The translations under genes and the position numbers were made by a program. This document shows, in pieces, positions 27,401 to 41,500 of a stretch of DNA of 64,000 nucleotides. Under the pieces are notes generated by a model, which did no database searches, was not told where the DNA came from, and was given only the letters and a program-made list of their open reading frames with translations. This stretch comes from Ruditapes philippinarum (taxonomy: Eukaryota), in NCBI RefSeq assembly GCF_026571515.1, contig NW_026852595.1, positions 124,001-188,000 on the forward strand. The letters run 5' to 3'. How positions within the stretch are numbered: the stretch's first letter is position 1; the number at the start of each line of letters is the position of its first letter.

Positions 27401-27983
27401 AAAGTTATCAAAATATATATTATAATTATTTCGTATGTGTACGTTACAACTTTATCACAAAAATCACGAACACTGACTAAGGATAAAATTTGCTTCACAA
27501 AATTAAAGTAGGAACTTCTTTTTTAGAGTAAATTGCTTGATATAACTCAACTTTTCTCTCTTTTGGAGAACGCATTGTTGACTTAGACATGTGCTAAAAC
27601 ACAAATAAAACTCTGAACTACTCCAAACAATTTAAACTTGTATCTATACTTACATCTGTTATTACCATGTCAGATTTCCGTATATAATCACACACCGACT
27701 GATTGGAGAGCATGTCTTTATCGAGCAGTTGACACAGGTTATTTATACGCCTAATATAGTTCACAGCTTTGCATCTTGGCCGTTTGGCGCACTCTTTAAC
27801 ACAGTCATTTACGGACATTCCTTCTAAATGAAGAAAAACTGCGCTAGAGTCACCACAAATATTCAAGTTTGATAGTGTGTATTTAACTGACATTTTTGTC
27901 GCAAAACTTATCACTGAATTTCCAATTAGTATAGAAAATTGTAAGAAAAGACATCTTCGAAAACACGTCTTGTATAAAACCAT
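18458..27983 (-). CDS. Secreted/surface mucin-like protein: signal peptide, PAN/apple, Cys-rich EGF-like segment, Sushi/CCP, giant Thr/Ser/Pro-rich stalk (~2189 aa, 4 coding exons)
   Basis: Exons 27983-27654 (330 nt, phase 0), 26427-26361 (67 nt, MPCTGCSSHKTCDLSNGQC), 25904-25737 (168 nt, CCP) and 24462-18458. All introns are GT-AG and phases are consistent. Confidence 0.85.
24571..25708. mobile_element. Intronic non-autonomous DNA transposon with ~110-bp imperfect TIRs
   Basis: ACGTGACC...TTACTCAACCGATTTTGATCAGATAA (24581-24680) is the inverse of TTATCTGATCAAAATCGGTTGAGTAA...GGTCACGT (25597-25697). Confidence 0.75.
25737..25904 (-). CDS. Exon 3: Sushi/CCP domain
   Basis: ECARPNVQGGRYLGNEYTIGSTIRILCDNGYKEVDGVKSAVCLTNGSWSNNLSCHP; four Cys plus conserved Trp; symmetric phase 1-1 exon. 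Confidence 0.88.
27654..27983 (-). CDS. Exon 1: signal peptide plus PAN/apple-like domain
   Basis: Hydrophobic N-terminus then DCVKECAKRPRCKAVNY....LCQL; donor GAT|gtaagt at 27653. Confidence 0.85.
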
Positions 27984-29439
27984 CTTGATATTTCATTGAA
28001 GCTCTGACACTCCGAAGCTTAGCTGCTAACAATCATAAAATGATTTTCCAATTTTCCTTTATTTATTCAAAACAATAAATTCAACTGTTGTTAACGGATT
28101 CATAAAAGCCAATGACTTTGATATTTGATAAAATTTTGCATTAAGTTTTATTTATTTATGAAAGTGTTATTAAATATCAGTTTCTAGTTAATAAATCTTG
28201 CTCTGTTAACCTTTATAATTCAGTTTTATAACAATGCTTGAATGGTTTCGCATATACAATGTAACTTAAAAACATTAAAGAGCACATTACAGTTCCTGCA
28301 TGCAGATGTGATATTTTATTAATTTTTACAAAGTACAAATCACCTATTCTCTTGATTTCTTCTAATAACACCCTGAAATAAACAGAAACTGTTTCACTCT
28401 TTTTTTAAAAAAAGATATATTGACGTTTAAGTTGATAAACAAAACCAGTTATATCAAATTTGCTCCATATCAATACCGCAGTTATAAAATTTTTATGATT
28501 TAGAACACAATGTCTAGTAAATTCAACGTGTGTTGACATATTTTTAATGAATACAATAAAACGCTCTATGGTGTATAATTTCCCTTTGTTAAGTATGTCA
28601 GTGTACGTTAATGGCATTAAACAATATTTGATAAAAGACCTTATAAATAAGAAATGAAAACTTCATATCTATTCATCGATGCTACATAAAATGACTCCAT
28701 GATTTACAAAACTGCAACACGAAATATAGATTTACGAGAAAAAAATTCTTTAAAAAGAAAGAATGGTATATATTATATTGTTATTTAATACATTCTATTC
28801 TTGTGTTACTTCACGTGTTCTCTCAAAGTTCAACAGCATCAAGAGTAGCACTATTACATCATTTGAAAACCTTGCTCGTTTATCTGTTCCATCCGGGTAG
28901 ACGTGATTTATAAACATCAAACACTAATGATCACGCACTTAATTTAACAAATATCCAGCAGTATATTTTTTCTTCATTGCCACGTGACAAATGGCTTGTA
29001 TGAATGTCATTTGATATATAAAAAGAGTTTTGATTACCTTCTAAAGCGTGGTGTAAGTCCTGGAGAGGCACAGGGCATCAGATGATGATATACTATATTA
29101 GATTCTTTGCGATGTGTAACTACAGCTCACTGTGTTGTTAAGGCAGCCACATTTACCATAGAAGGTAGGTCGAAACGAATAATTTTGTATGAAAGTTGGC
29201 TGCTGATGTCTTGACTGAAGCCTAATACTCGCTCCTCTCCCTCCTTTTCGATGTTTTGTATGTGTTACATGCCTAATGTCAATGAAGATATTATGAATAT
29301 TATGAATGAAATGTTGAAGTAATTTGATTATTGATTCTATATTAGCAATTTCTTTATGATTTTATTTGTTTATTTTGATAAATTACGTGTAGTAAGTTGC
29401 TATCAAATTGAAAACAAAAATCCGAAAAAGTCTTATCTA

Positions 29440-30385
29440 CGATGGCACAGAAGTGATATATGTGTGTTTTAATTTATATCGTGCACACTAGATACTATGC
29501 CGTGGCTACTAAGTCTTGTGCACGAGATAATCAATTAGTGCGAACCAGATACTATGTCGTGGTCACGAGTTACTAAGTCGTGTGCACGAGATAAGAAAGT
29601 GATGCGCACGAGATATAATATTGTGCCCATGAGTTACTTAGTCGTGCGCATGAGATAATTAAATGGTGCGCACTAGATACTATGTAGTGGCCACGAGTCA
29701 CTAAGTTGTGTGCCCGAGATAATTAAGTGGTGAGTACGAGATACTATGTCGTGGCCTTTAGTAACTAAGTCTTGCGCACGAGATAATTAAGTGGTGCTCA
29801 CGAGATAATTAACCAATCGGATTACACAATATATATAAATATTATTTTTTTAAACTTAAAACATTCCTTATAATAGTTTTACATACAATATTAATGTTTT
29901 AAACTACTGACAGTATTCATTTTGAGCTACATACATGTCACAATCTAAAGCCTATTAATCAGACATGAATTTTGACTAGGTAAAGACCCTTTTTGGGGCC
30001 GTCCTGTGATAGGATTGATCAGTATGTACGTCCTAACGCCTTTTTAAACTTGTCCATACTATAACTTGAAAAAGAATATGCACTGGTTTATTTTATTGGA
30101 AGGGACAATACCAATGGCCAGTAAATGAGCTATATTGATGCGTAAGGTAATAAGGTCAAAGGTCAAGGTAACCAAGACGCTTCATGCAAAATCCTTGTCT
30201 GGTGAACAACTTGAAAAGGAAAAGCCATGGTTTATAAAACATTGAATGGACATTGCACCCGATCAGTAGATAACACCTAATAACTTTGTCAAAAATCAGG
30301 ATCACTATGACGTTTAATGTAATGTCATTGTCCAGTCAATAACTTGTATATATGGCACTGTGACAGGCAGGTGAAGTAGTAGCAC
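29440..30385 (+). mobile_element. Truncated copy of the TA-flanked foldback MITE family (full copy at 52070-53206)
   Basis: Left TIR TACGATGGCACAGAAGTG, ~20-bp GTCGTG...CACGAG subrepeats, and internal sequence shared with 52240-52780 (e.g. TTGCACCCGATCAGTAGATAACACCTAA); right arm missing. Confidence 0.8.
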
Positions 30386-31067
30386 CATTCCTATCAATCA
30401 TCGTGTTAGAAAGTATTAAACATTGTGTTAGATAGTATCAAACATTGTGTTAGATAGTTTTAAACATTTTGCAATAATCCAATACAAATATTTACATCTT
30501 AGAGACATTGGTATCATTAAAGGGTTAAGTGGTTCTTCGTTCTGAAAAGCAAGGCATGAATACCTATATTTATCACAATAGGAATGTGCCCGGAAACGTT
30601 CAAATGTATAGTCTGTGGCGTTTTTTGTACATAAAATTGTAGTATATTGTATAATTAATTACACACGGTACAAGAGCTTCATATTGTAAAGGCAGACAAC
30701 TGAGCAAATGTTAATGTTATTTTCTATACATTTTATTGTTGTTGCTTTTAGTGTTTTTATTTAATGTGAACCGGAAAGATCGTTTACACAATGCAAGGAC
30801 AACGGAATACTTTAATTATGACCATGAAATATTTCCCTCGTTCTATATAATTATTTATCACAGGTCAATCAAACATAAAATTGGTAGAACATTACAAAAC
30901 AACGACAGCAACGACAATGATCAATCGGAGAAAGGGGCACTTGTGTGATCCACGTTTTTGTAATTTCTTTTCGACGACAGACGGCAAATCTGTATGCATC
31001 TGCACGCTATAGCTAACAGACATTCAAAGTTTCTGTCTGAAATCACCAGTAATATTTTCTCATTAAA

Positions 31068-31590
31068 AACAAGAGAGCCATGATGGCCCTTATATCGCTC
31101 ATCTGAATATCAATACTCTCCATGACAAGGAACAAGTTATATTGTTAGCTATAAACAAAAGCAAACGTAAAATCTAAATCTTTAACTGATATCACAAAGT
31201 TCATATCTGTATCTGAAATAATGCACAATCATTACTGGTTACTTTTTTTAAACAACAGTTCCATAAGAAGATACTGGTTGATGTACAAAATAAATTGTTT
31301 CCTAGGAAGCCATTGCCTGCTATGAAATTCAATGGTAGATAAGATAATGTTTGCTTTGGAAGTCACTAGTTTCCATGATATTTTACAGTTTTATAAAGTA
31401 AATGGCTGCTATGAAGTCACTAAATGATATCGAAACTGAGCTTTAGCTTTTGTAGATTAAGAGATTTTTTAAAAAGTTTTTTACCATATACATAAAAATA
31501 AAATCAATTTTTCTCCGGGGCAGGGCCAATTTTGAGCTGAGGGCTATTATTTAAGAAAAGTCTACTGTAGAGGTCATATGCACAATTTAT
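31068..31590 (-). mobile_element. Degraded HINE-like element fragment
   Basis: AACAAGAGAGCCATGATGGCCC terminus and GGGGCAGGGCCAATTTT unit shared with the 55.9-58.6 kb elements. Confidence 0.6.
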
Positions 31591-32006
31591 GATATAAAAT
31601 CATAAAAGTTGTGTAACATGGTCTTATTGTTTGACTCGTTAATTTTCGGGAGCTTTTTTCTTGAGTTTCCGTAATTTATTACGAGTTACTACTTGAAATT
31701 TAAAGATTAGAAAGTGCTCAATACTTCATTTATACTAACGTCCCAATGGCATAGTGGTAAGTATAGCATAGCAATCGCGAAGTGGCAATTTCGAAAACTC
31801 AACTGAATATTTTTTTTAGATTTCTTTGATTATATTTTTATTGTATGCAGCATTAGTGGATGAATCAATTATTCACTTTTTGTGTATTTTCATAAAAGAA
31901 AATCATAACTATGAAATATAGATGCATATGTTAATTTTCACAGTTCAATTTGCACAGTTGTACAGTAGGTGATTGGCATGCACAAAAACTTAGTAACAGT
32001 TATATC

Positions 32007-32555
32007 CGGAATGCCGTTAGGGCCATCGCCTATGAATGTGTTAATCTGAAAAGCGATAGTCGATAGTACGATGGTGAAAACACGAAATCACGAAACTACG
32101 ATGGTGAAAACGCGATAGTACGATGATGAAAACGCGATAGTACGATGATGAAAACGCGATAGTACGATGATGAAAACACGACAGTACGATGGTGAAAACG
32201 CGATAGTACGATGATGAAAACACGACAGTACGATGATGAAAACGCGATAGTACGATGGTGAAAACGCGATAGTACGATGGCGAAAACGCGATAGTACGAT
32301 GATGAAAACGCGAAATCACGAAACTACGATGGTGAAAACGCGACAGTACGATGGTGAAAACACGATAGTTTATCGCGTTTTCATCATCGTAGTATCGTAC
32401 TGTCGCGTTTTCATCATCGTACCTTCGCATTTTCATCATCGTGCTTTCGCGTTTTCACCATCGTAGTTTCGTGATTTCGCGTTTTCACCATCGTACTATC
32501 GACTATCGCGTTTCAGATCAACACATTCATAGGCAATGGCCCTAACGGCATTCCG
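32007..32555. mobile_element. Foldback/MITE with ~100-bp TIRs and internal 21-bp tandem repeats
   Basis: CGGAATGCCGTTAGGGCCATCGCCTATGAATGTG versus CACATTCATAGGCAATGGCCCTAACGGCATTCCG-TA; GATAGTACGATGATGAAAACGC repeats switch orientation near 32370. Confidence 0.9.
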
Positions 32556-32993
32556 TAGTATACCGTTATGCCATACTTTAATATCCGTAAGTTTTTCTTC
32601 AGAATCCGATTATTACCGACAAAAGGTCATTAAATATTAAAATGTCTCAGATCAATATTGCCAAACAATAACATAGGACGTAACTGCATGGAATGCATAT
32701 AGTTATTTCTATATACAAATAACGAAGTAAAGGGCTTTTGTTTGAATAAACTTTGTAGACATCCACTCTAATATGTTTCATGTCACATGCCAAATAAATA
32801 AGCTTTGGCTCTTTCGGTTTTTTACAAGAACATTTTTTAAGCTTCTTTCTTTTGGTTGCCATGAAAAATAAAATTTAGCATGAAATAGAATTTTCGAACA
32901 ATTTTTAAAGGGTTTATAGCAAGGCAAGTTCCTACTTAGTTTTAATAATATTGGTCAATTTGTTAAGAAAGAGGTGCTGTTTAAACGTTTAAC

Positions 32994-33048
32994 GATAGCT
33001 CAGTTGGTTAGACCACTGACTGTCACTCCTGAGATTCCGGGTTCGATT
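32994..33048 (+). pseudogene. tRNA-like fragment (pseudo-tRNA or SINE head)
   Basis: A-box TAGCTCAGTTGG and B-box GGTTCGATT at tRNA spacing; no intact acceptor stem. Confidence 0.5.
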
Positions 33049-33797
33049 GAAGTTTCCCGTTCTGGTGTTTGATCCCACGCCATGCAGTTGACAGTAATTA
33101 TATTATTTTAGCCTATTTACCTATTCTTCAGAGCGTAGACATGGGGGGGGGGGAACGGGGGTTCACGCCTTAAAATGGACATTTAGACTATTGTTTGTTT
33201 ATCGCAACAAGGTTACCTAAAATGATTTATATTATCGCTTTTCTGTCACTCTGAAAAATCTTTAATATTTCGATTTGTAATATGTTAATACGCTGTAAAA
33301 TTTCAATGCAGTTTCTCGTCCACCGGTAAAAGCTTACTGTTTGTATTAACTTCACTCTACTTTATATTTATCTTCATCAACAAAGACCTGTGAAGTAAGT
33401 GTTGGTAATGTATACGGTATTGTTTGTCTGTTTTCATCATTTGGTATGTATTTGCTGAAAAGAATGATTAGATTTATGTTTGTATTCGAACGCCAAAACA
33501 TCACTTATGGTTCCAAAATGAATTGCAATTCATGCTTTATTTATATGTTCTGTGATGCAATTTAATAAGTGTTTGATTCATGAACAAATAACAAAATATG
33601 GTCATAAGAATAACCATTAATATTTTATCACATCTGTCCATAGTACATTACACATCAATACGTTATGATTGACAGATATGGGTGCGTTTATTGATCTGAA
33701 AGGTATTTGGTTATTATATTATTTTTAATATTATTTTTATGTAAGTCAATATTTAAAAAAAACTGTTCAATGTTGTTGTTACGGCGAGAAAAGAGGC

Positions 33798-34048
33798 NNN
33801 NNNNNNNNNNNNNNNNNNNNNNNNNNNNNNNNNNNNNNNNNNNNNNNNNNNNNNNNNNNNNNNNNNNNNNNNNNNNNNNNNNNNNNNNNNNNNNNNNNNN
33901 NNNNNNNNNNNNNNNNNNNNNNNNNNNNNNNNNNNNNNNNNNNNNNNNNNNNNNNNNNNNNNNNNNNNNNNNNNNNNNNNNNNNNNNNNNNNNNNNNNNN
34001 NNNNNNNNNNNNNNNNNNNNNNNNNNNNNNNNNNNNNNNNNNNNNNNA
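33798..34048. other. Assembly gap (251 N)
   Basis: Run of N. Confidence 1.
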
Positions 34049-34330
34049 AAAAATGAAAAAACACCAACAAAAAAAAAACAAAAAAAACACACAAAAAAAC
34101 CAACCTCAAATCTTACAAATACCAACGGCACCAAAGTACTACACCATTCTTTTGAATCAGATTTAATGCTGTTGGTCACTCGATTACTATTCATATTTCA
34201 CAACATTGTCTATCCAAATTATCTTAGACTGAGTCGGAAAATAATATAATTTGAATAAAATGCTTGTAACAATTAAAAACACATTAAAATTTTCAATTGT
34301 TGTAATAAAAATGGATAAATACGTTTGTGT

Positions 34331-35505
34331 TCACGAGTTGGAAATATTATTTACTGATTCAACTGTGTTTAAACCATCCTTTATTGACTCCACGGCGTCG
34401 TTAGAACTTTCCTTTACTGTGTCATCTGTTTTAGAACTACCCGTTACTGACGAGTCAGTTTTATGCGTTTTAAATGAAGTTTTTGAGTATTTTCTGCGAG
34501 TTACTGAAATTGATTTTCGCTTGTTGATTACCCATTTATCAAATGCCCTTTCTCCTTCAAGTTTTATCATTTGTTCAATATGCTTTTTATTGTGTAAGTC
34601 TTTAGATATTTGATGTCGTATCCAGGCAGCTTTCTGTAAAGAGTAATTTTTCTGTGCTTCAGACATAGCATAGGGTGAGTTATAGCTAAACTTCAAGATC
34701 GATTTAGAATGGTCTGTACCTTCTGAATAAGTTTTCCGGATGGACCCTGGCGTGTTTTTCAGTTTAACACCTAAAACTCCGTCAGTTGTTGAAGGCCGGG
34801 ACCGTAGGGAATTCTTTGTATTTTCTCGATGGTTTAAATTTTCGACACGAAATCCCACTTCCCTCTCTTTCTTAATGCTTTGTGCGTTGTCTTTTGGGGC
34901 TGTTATCGAAGGCTGGTTCACATCTGTGTCTTGAAATCCTTCAGTCTCATCGGGAATGTCTAAAGTATTGTGATATTCATTCGGATTTCCTTCATTAGGA
35001 AATGGAAAACGCCTTTCAAATTCATTAGCATAATAATCGGTAGAATGTCTACTGATTACAGACATGTGTCTCAATATCTTTTGTCTCGGATTATTTACTG
35101 TATTTTTCTTTACCAAGTATTTCGGAACATGTTTTGTAACGCCATCATTTTTATCTAATGTAGTCTTAGCTCTTGTTACGGTAGGATGTTTGCTATTGTG
35201 GTTATTATGTTCCAGCGTTGTTTTTGACCTTGTCACGTTGTTCATCTCGACTGGCGGCTTTGCAATGACTACTTGTTTACGGATATACGGGATAAATTTC
35301 AAGGAGCTTTGAGAGTTGGATCTTAGAGGTTCAGTCGAAAGGGCTGTCGTTGTCCTTTTTATCGGCGCTGTCCAGATCGAGGCTTGTACAGCAATCGTAC
35401 GAGTTTCTTTCTTTTTTGCTAATTTCTTTGCTAGCTTAGCTTTATTTTGCTCATTAATGAGACGAGCTGAATCAAGGTCATTAGAAGATTTCGGTCGTTT
35501 CGTAC
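34331..35505 (-). CDS. Terminal exon: long Lys/Ser/Thr-rich cytoplasmic tail
   Basis: Open frame from the acceptor at 35506 through ORF 34331-35302 to the stop. Confidence 0.85.
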
Positions 35506-38500
35506 CTGAAATAATAGAAATACTTTAAAGTGGTGATCTGCATATATTGATCTTACATATAGATCTACATGTAGTTCAATGACTGATATCATGTTAGCTC
35601 ACTTTGATGATATTGACATCAAATATAAAAAGAATTGGATTGTGGTCCCAAAAGTATCATTCAAAGCTGTTTTGTGACAGAATTACAATATGTATACAAT
35701 TAAAGAGTCATGAACAATAACTGATACAGACTGGATAAGGTTGATATTAATTTTAAATAAGGCATAACAGTTTTGAATATCGTGAGATTGTGAAATTAAA
35801 CATTTTTTACAAAATTCAGAATTGAATATTCTAGTTTATCTTGCTACCTTTCATTCCAGGTTTAACATTTGATTCCTCCGTCGTCTTTTGTGATTGAGAT
35901 TGGTCCTACAATAATAAATAACAAAATATGAGCCGCGTCACGACAAAACAAAGATAATGGGTTTACGACCAGCATGGATCCAGACCAGCCTGCGCATCTG
36001 CGCAGTCTGATCAGGATCCATGCTGTTCGCTTACCAACTCTAACAAGTAGAGAAACTGATAGCGAACAGCATTGATCCTGATCAGACTGCGCGGATGCGC
36101 AGGCTGGTCTGGAGCCATGCTGATCGCAAACCAATTATGTTTTGTCGTAACACGGCTCAATTATTATTACAATTTATTCAATGAATAATAACTATGTTGC
36201 ACTGAATCTTAAAAACAATGCGGCTTACACAGTTATATTTCGTTCTACTATCTTATAATTTGAAAACATAATGTAAATTTTCTTGACACTGTAACAAAAT
36301 AAAATCACGTATTTTGCTTGTTTGGTTGTTTCTTTAAAATCTTTGTTTTGAATTATTACCTAATCTCCGTTGATGAAAATACAAGAATCTTTTACAAAAA
36401 ACTTATGTCACAACGAATTTAAAGCCACATGTCACTTGCGCCCTTTCATTTATTCCGACATTTGGACACTTTTACACACAAAAAAGCGTATCTTAAAGGA
36501 AACAACAGCAAATCAGACCAATCATTATATATTGATTATTGTTAGCATATGAGCCGTGTCATGACAAAACCAACATAATGGGTTTGCGACCAGCATGGAT
36601 CCAGACCAGCCTGCGCATCCGCGCAGTCTGATCCGGATCCATGCTCTTCGCTTACCAAGTCTATTACAAGTAGTGAAACTGATAGCGAACAGCATGGATC
36701 CTGATCAGACTGCGCGGATGCGCAGGCTGGTCTGGATCCATGCTGGTCGCAAACCCATTATGTTGGTTTTGTCATGACACGGCTCATATATTAATTGAAT
36801 TACCTGTCTTATCTTTTTTCTGATGCAGCAGACAACAATTATAATCACGGCGAGAAGAACTAGGACACACACTATAACAATTATAGCAATAACCACCGCA
36901 CTTAGACCCGAATCATCACTAGTAGAGGCCGCTGAAAAAACAGATATATAAAAAACACGAAAGTTGTCTCAACAGACATTCTTGATGTGGGTCCACCAGC
37001 CGTTATATTAACGGAAGAAGACCTTGTTATGTCACAGAACTATTCAATTGATTACGTTTTATGTGTTTAAGAAGCTAAGTTTTTTTTTACATTTTTACAA
37101 AAACATGCCGAAAAGAAGATTTTGGGTTAAAGGTAGTGTTTACTACAATCGAGTTTGAATGTGTTGTTAAGATAAGAGCGGACCAGGGAATTATCATGAG
37201 CTTTAAGCTGTGGAGCAACAAGAACAAGTTGAAACTTTAATTCATCTAACCGTAATACAATTCTCAATAAGACCAGTATTCTACATGCAGGTTTTCAATA
37301 TGGATCTTTCACAGTATTAACCTAAAAATAACGACATTGTTTTCCCGATATGGAGAATGTTTAAGCAATTATATATGAAACTACTGTAGCATACTTTTTT
37401 ATTGACGGAATAAACTTATAATTTATTATCAATTTATATTCACCTGTATACTAATTTAAGTGAATTGGTCTGTAATGGACAGCTTTGACATAATTATGTC
37501 AAATATTTATAAGAACAATTATATATTTTTTTATTATTTTTGATACCCCCATAAACCATTGCTTTGACAAATGTTATAGAACTCCTAAGTGGTTTGTTAT
37601 GATAAATATTATTTCTAGAACAATTGTTTGAATATGAATATTTTTTCCGTTACATAAATAATTATATTATATCAGATATAATATATATCTCATCCTTACA
37701 AACAGTATCAATATTTTATTCATTCAACATTATTATTTATGGTACTTTAAACCTTCTATCATTGACCAATTCACATAATTTTTATTTAAACTGATAGACT
37801 TTTGGCCACCCAAAATTAGACATTTTCAAAACTGGGATGTTTTCAAACCATATGGATTTATTGAACATGACTTTGATATAAGTTTTAAAAAGTTTGATTT
37901 CAATATTCCATTGGACCAAATGGTCCATGAGGACAAACAAACAGACACATATGATAAATGACATGACAGTGTAAAGCATATACTTACAATAATACTTGTA
38001 AGTGGAGAAGGTATACAAAAAATGGTATATCATCATTAAAAATGAATATCATGACAAAAGGACATTCAAATTAAACAATGCTAAATAGATTACCACTGTC
38101 AAGCAAAACTTACGGAGAGGTAAACTTCATATATTGTATTGAATTAATTTGACAAGATACATGTATATATATATATATAATGCATCATATAAATTTATAT
38201 TCATACTTGCTCGAATATGTGTATGTTGTTTTTGTTGAATCATAATACAAGAATATATATGTGGTGTAATTAATATGCCCATGATATGAAGCTACTCCCA
38301 CTTGAAAGATGAACTAAATCTAAATTTTATACTTACGACAGGTTACTGTAATATATTATAAATGAATAAATAATTATAAAATGAATAATAGTTTGAAATA
38401 CAAAGCATGTCATAAATTCACTGCACCTATCAATAAACAAATTTACAAATTATAAATGTTTTATGTGTTTTCTAAATGCAGCCACAGCGCTTTTATCAAA

Positions 38501-41500
38501 TTGTTTACTGTCGGTTAACAAACATATAAAGGCCCAATTTTGTTCCAGAAATGCTTTTATTTCTATTTCTAAAAAGTTTTCTATTTCTGTTGTGCTTTTA
38601 TAGTTTCCAAATAAACACGCATTGGCCAATAACCTGACGTTACGTTTTTTTTTCTGTGGCTTATTGACAATTACTCTATTACAGTGAAATAGTATTTTGC
38701 AATTTTAATAACTCATGTATATTCTTTATATAGAAGTTATAATGGATTCGTGTCTGAGATATTATGTGCCTTTAATAAGTCTTAAAGTTCTTTATTTTCA
38801 TTTTGTTAAATATTTTTCTTTCTTTTTTAATTCATACTTCTTTATTATCTATGACACTTTCTTTTACTCTCTCAAGTTAACAACGCCTTAAGATAAAATT
38901 GACTTCTGATTAAAAGATTTGCAATCTTGAACTCAATACCCGATGCCTCCAGAATAAGAATTTGGCCACCTCTAGGAACACTTGTGGAATTCTGGCCGTC
39001 CTGGCAAACTTCCGGATACACTGTAGCATATACTGTAGAAGACACTTGTGAAACAGCCTAAAATGTATAACAATGACCAAATTATTCTATTTAATATTAT
39101 GAAAGGACTGTTATGAGATAAACATTTTTTATCGTACTTGTGCGATATATATTGTTAATGTTATTTGCAAATCTATTTCTTCAGCTGATTCATTTTTATC
39201 CTAATTGCTTTTCTTATAATTAGAATGGTGTTGATGATGGAATGATGATGATGGCGATGATTGTGATCACGATGATGATAATCATAAGGATGATAATGAT
39301 GATGATGATAATAATAATAATGATGATAATGATGGTGAAAAGAAATAGAATAATAATGACGATCACGATTATGATTATGATGATAATGATCATGATGCTG
39401 ATTACGATGACGGTGATGATAATGATGATGATGATGATTATCATCCCGATGGTAATGATGATGATGAGGAAGATAAGGATGATGATAACGATGATAATCA
39501 TCATCATGAAAAAGATGATGATGATGATTAAAAGGGTGATGATGAAAAGGATGTTGATGATGATGATGATAAAGGGTGATGATAACGATGGCGATCACAA
39601 TGATCATAATGGTAAAGATATTCGTATTGAAAAAAACCGTTATGTTAATTTACCCATTAGCTTTATTTTTATTTTTTTTAATGTTATGATTTGAAACTAT
39701 TAGATAATTAAAATAATTAAAAAAGTACCATAATACAATTATGCCTGAACACAGCGTCAATATATCTAAAAAGAGAAAATATGTATGTGCGTAAAAGATA
39801 ACTGTGTTTTGTTCTGTCGTGTGCAATAATTCGAAAGAATAAAAAAGTAGATTAAATAGCACCAGCAGATCTCCATTTTTAAATTTTATTAATTTGTAAA
39901 GTTATATTATATCAACAAATTATACCGACCCAGCAGCTAAATCTGTATGTAGTTGAAGAATCCACAGATGTATCAATGTTGTATGTGTATATAAACGTGA
40001 CGCCAACCGAAGAAAAAGACTTTAAATTGTATAGGATGCCGGAATCTGAAAGTAAATTAAAAGAATAAAAGCCAAATAATCCTTTTACTACTGATAGACA
40101 TAAACATACTGGGGTTTTGAAAAGCAAGTTCAATAAATCTAATTAAAGTAAATCAATAATCTTACTGGCAATTGAAACAAGATGTGTACAATGCATTGAA
40201 TCTGAAACAACATTCAAATATTCAGAAATATAAAGAGAGTGAGCTACCAACAGTATAGAGCCTCGACTGATTTCAAGTATAGGTTTGTCTGGCTCTATAT
40301 GGTGTCAAAGGCTTATCACATTTGGTTCCAGCCAGTTATGGGGTAACGAAGCTCGAGGTCAATTGTTGCTATGGGGAAATGTGCGTTTATTCATTATATT
40401 CTAGTGTGAAGCATCTTGATTTCAAATCTTACCTGAAAAGCCAACAGCGCTGACAATTTGTGTCACGTTGCCTGTCTCGGTGAAGTAAAATGCGCTTGTG
40501 TCATTACACGACGACATTGTCGTCTGGTTACTGGTTTGACCATTCTGGTCAGTGATTGTAACTATATATTCACCTCTTATAACATCCGGTAAGCTCTGTT
40601 TTACCGTTTCTATATCTACTCCTGTACGTCAAAACAAAAATAAAACAAATGACAATTTGAGTCATTTTATTATATCAAAAATGTTAAAACGACATTTTAT
40701 TTATTACCTTTCAGTTTGTTTTTATAAAGTTATGTGCATATTTATTGATATCCGTTCTTTAACAACATAAGTATTTTGTACAAATAAAATGTTTTAATTT
40801 CAATATAAACTGTTACCGTTATTGACTTCTTAATTGCATTTCTTTTTTACCTTGATAAAAGAAATTTTTCGTAAGAGACTTTGATTATATTAGTATTTGT
40901 TAAAAAAAGTCTATTTATCATAAGACTTTGACAATAATCGTATATAATACCGTCTGCGACAATAATATTGGTATTAACACCCGTCTCTTCCACTGTCCCG
41001 TCACAAACCGCACTGACATTAGAATTGAATGGTTCACCGGTAGAAACGTCAATATCTGATAAAAAATATATATTTGTTTTAAACCATAAATAGAATTTAA
41101 TAATTTATTAGCCTTAGTAATTAAGATAGACATTTTTTATCGATATGATCGTAAAAAATGTCATGATGAAAATGTATGGAAATGGAATCTTGTCATTCAA
41201 AAGTTATATGTGATGTATGGCATACTATTATTTTAAAGATAATTATATGCATGTATAAGACAGAATATCTTGCAGGCGTTGTAAATTAGCCATTAAGAAT
41301 CCTGTGTAAGTCTTGAATTATTATTACATACGCAAATATGTTGCAGTTAAAACAAATGATATAGATCGTACGTATGTATATTAGGACAAAATTACAAATC
41401 GACGAGTTTGAACTGTCGGTACAAATACATATAAAATCCTATAAACTTATGTAAATAATAAGCATTTAGCATAGAGTAAATAATCTACCAGGTTTGTAAA

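Noticed and set aside
32041-32439. CRISPR-like regular repeats and a 132-aa ORF
   Set aside because: No unique spacers and no cas genes; eukaryotic MITE minisatellite
33688-34249. ORFs spanning the N run
   Set aside because: Artefacts of the assembly gap
39173-39694. His-rich, Ile-rich and Met-rich ORFs
   Set aside because: Translations of an intronic ATG/ATC microsatellite
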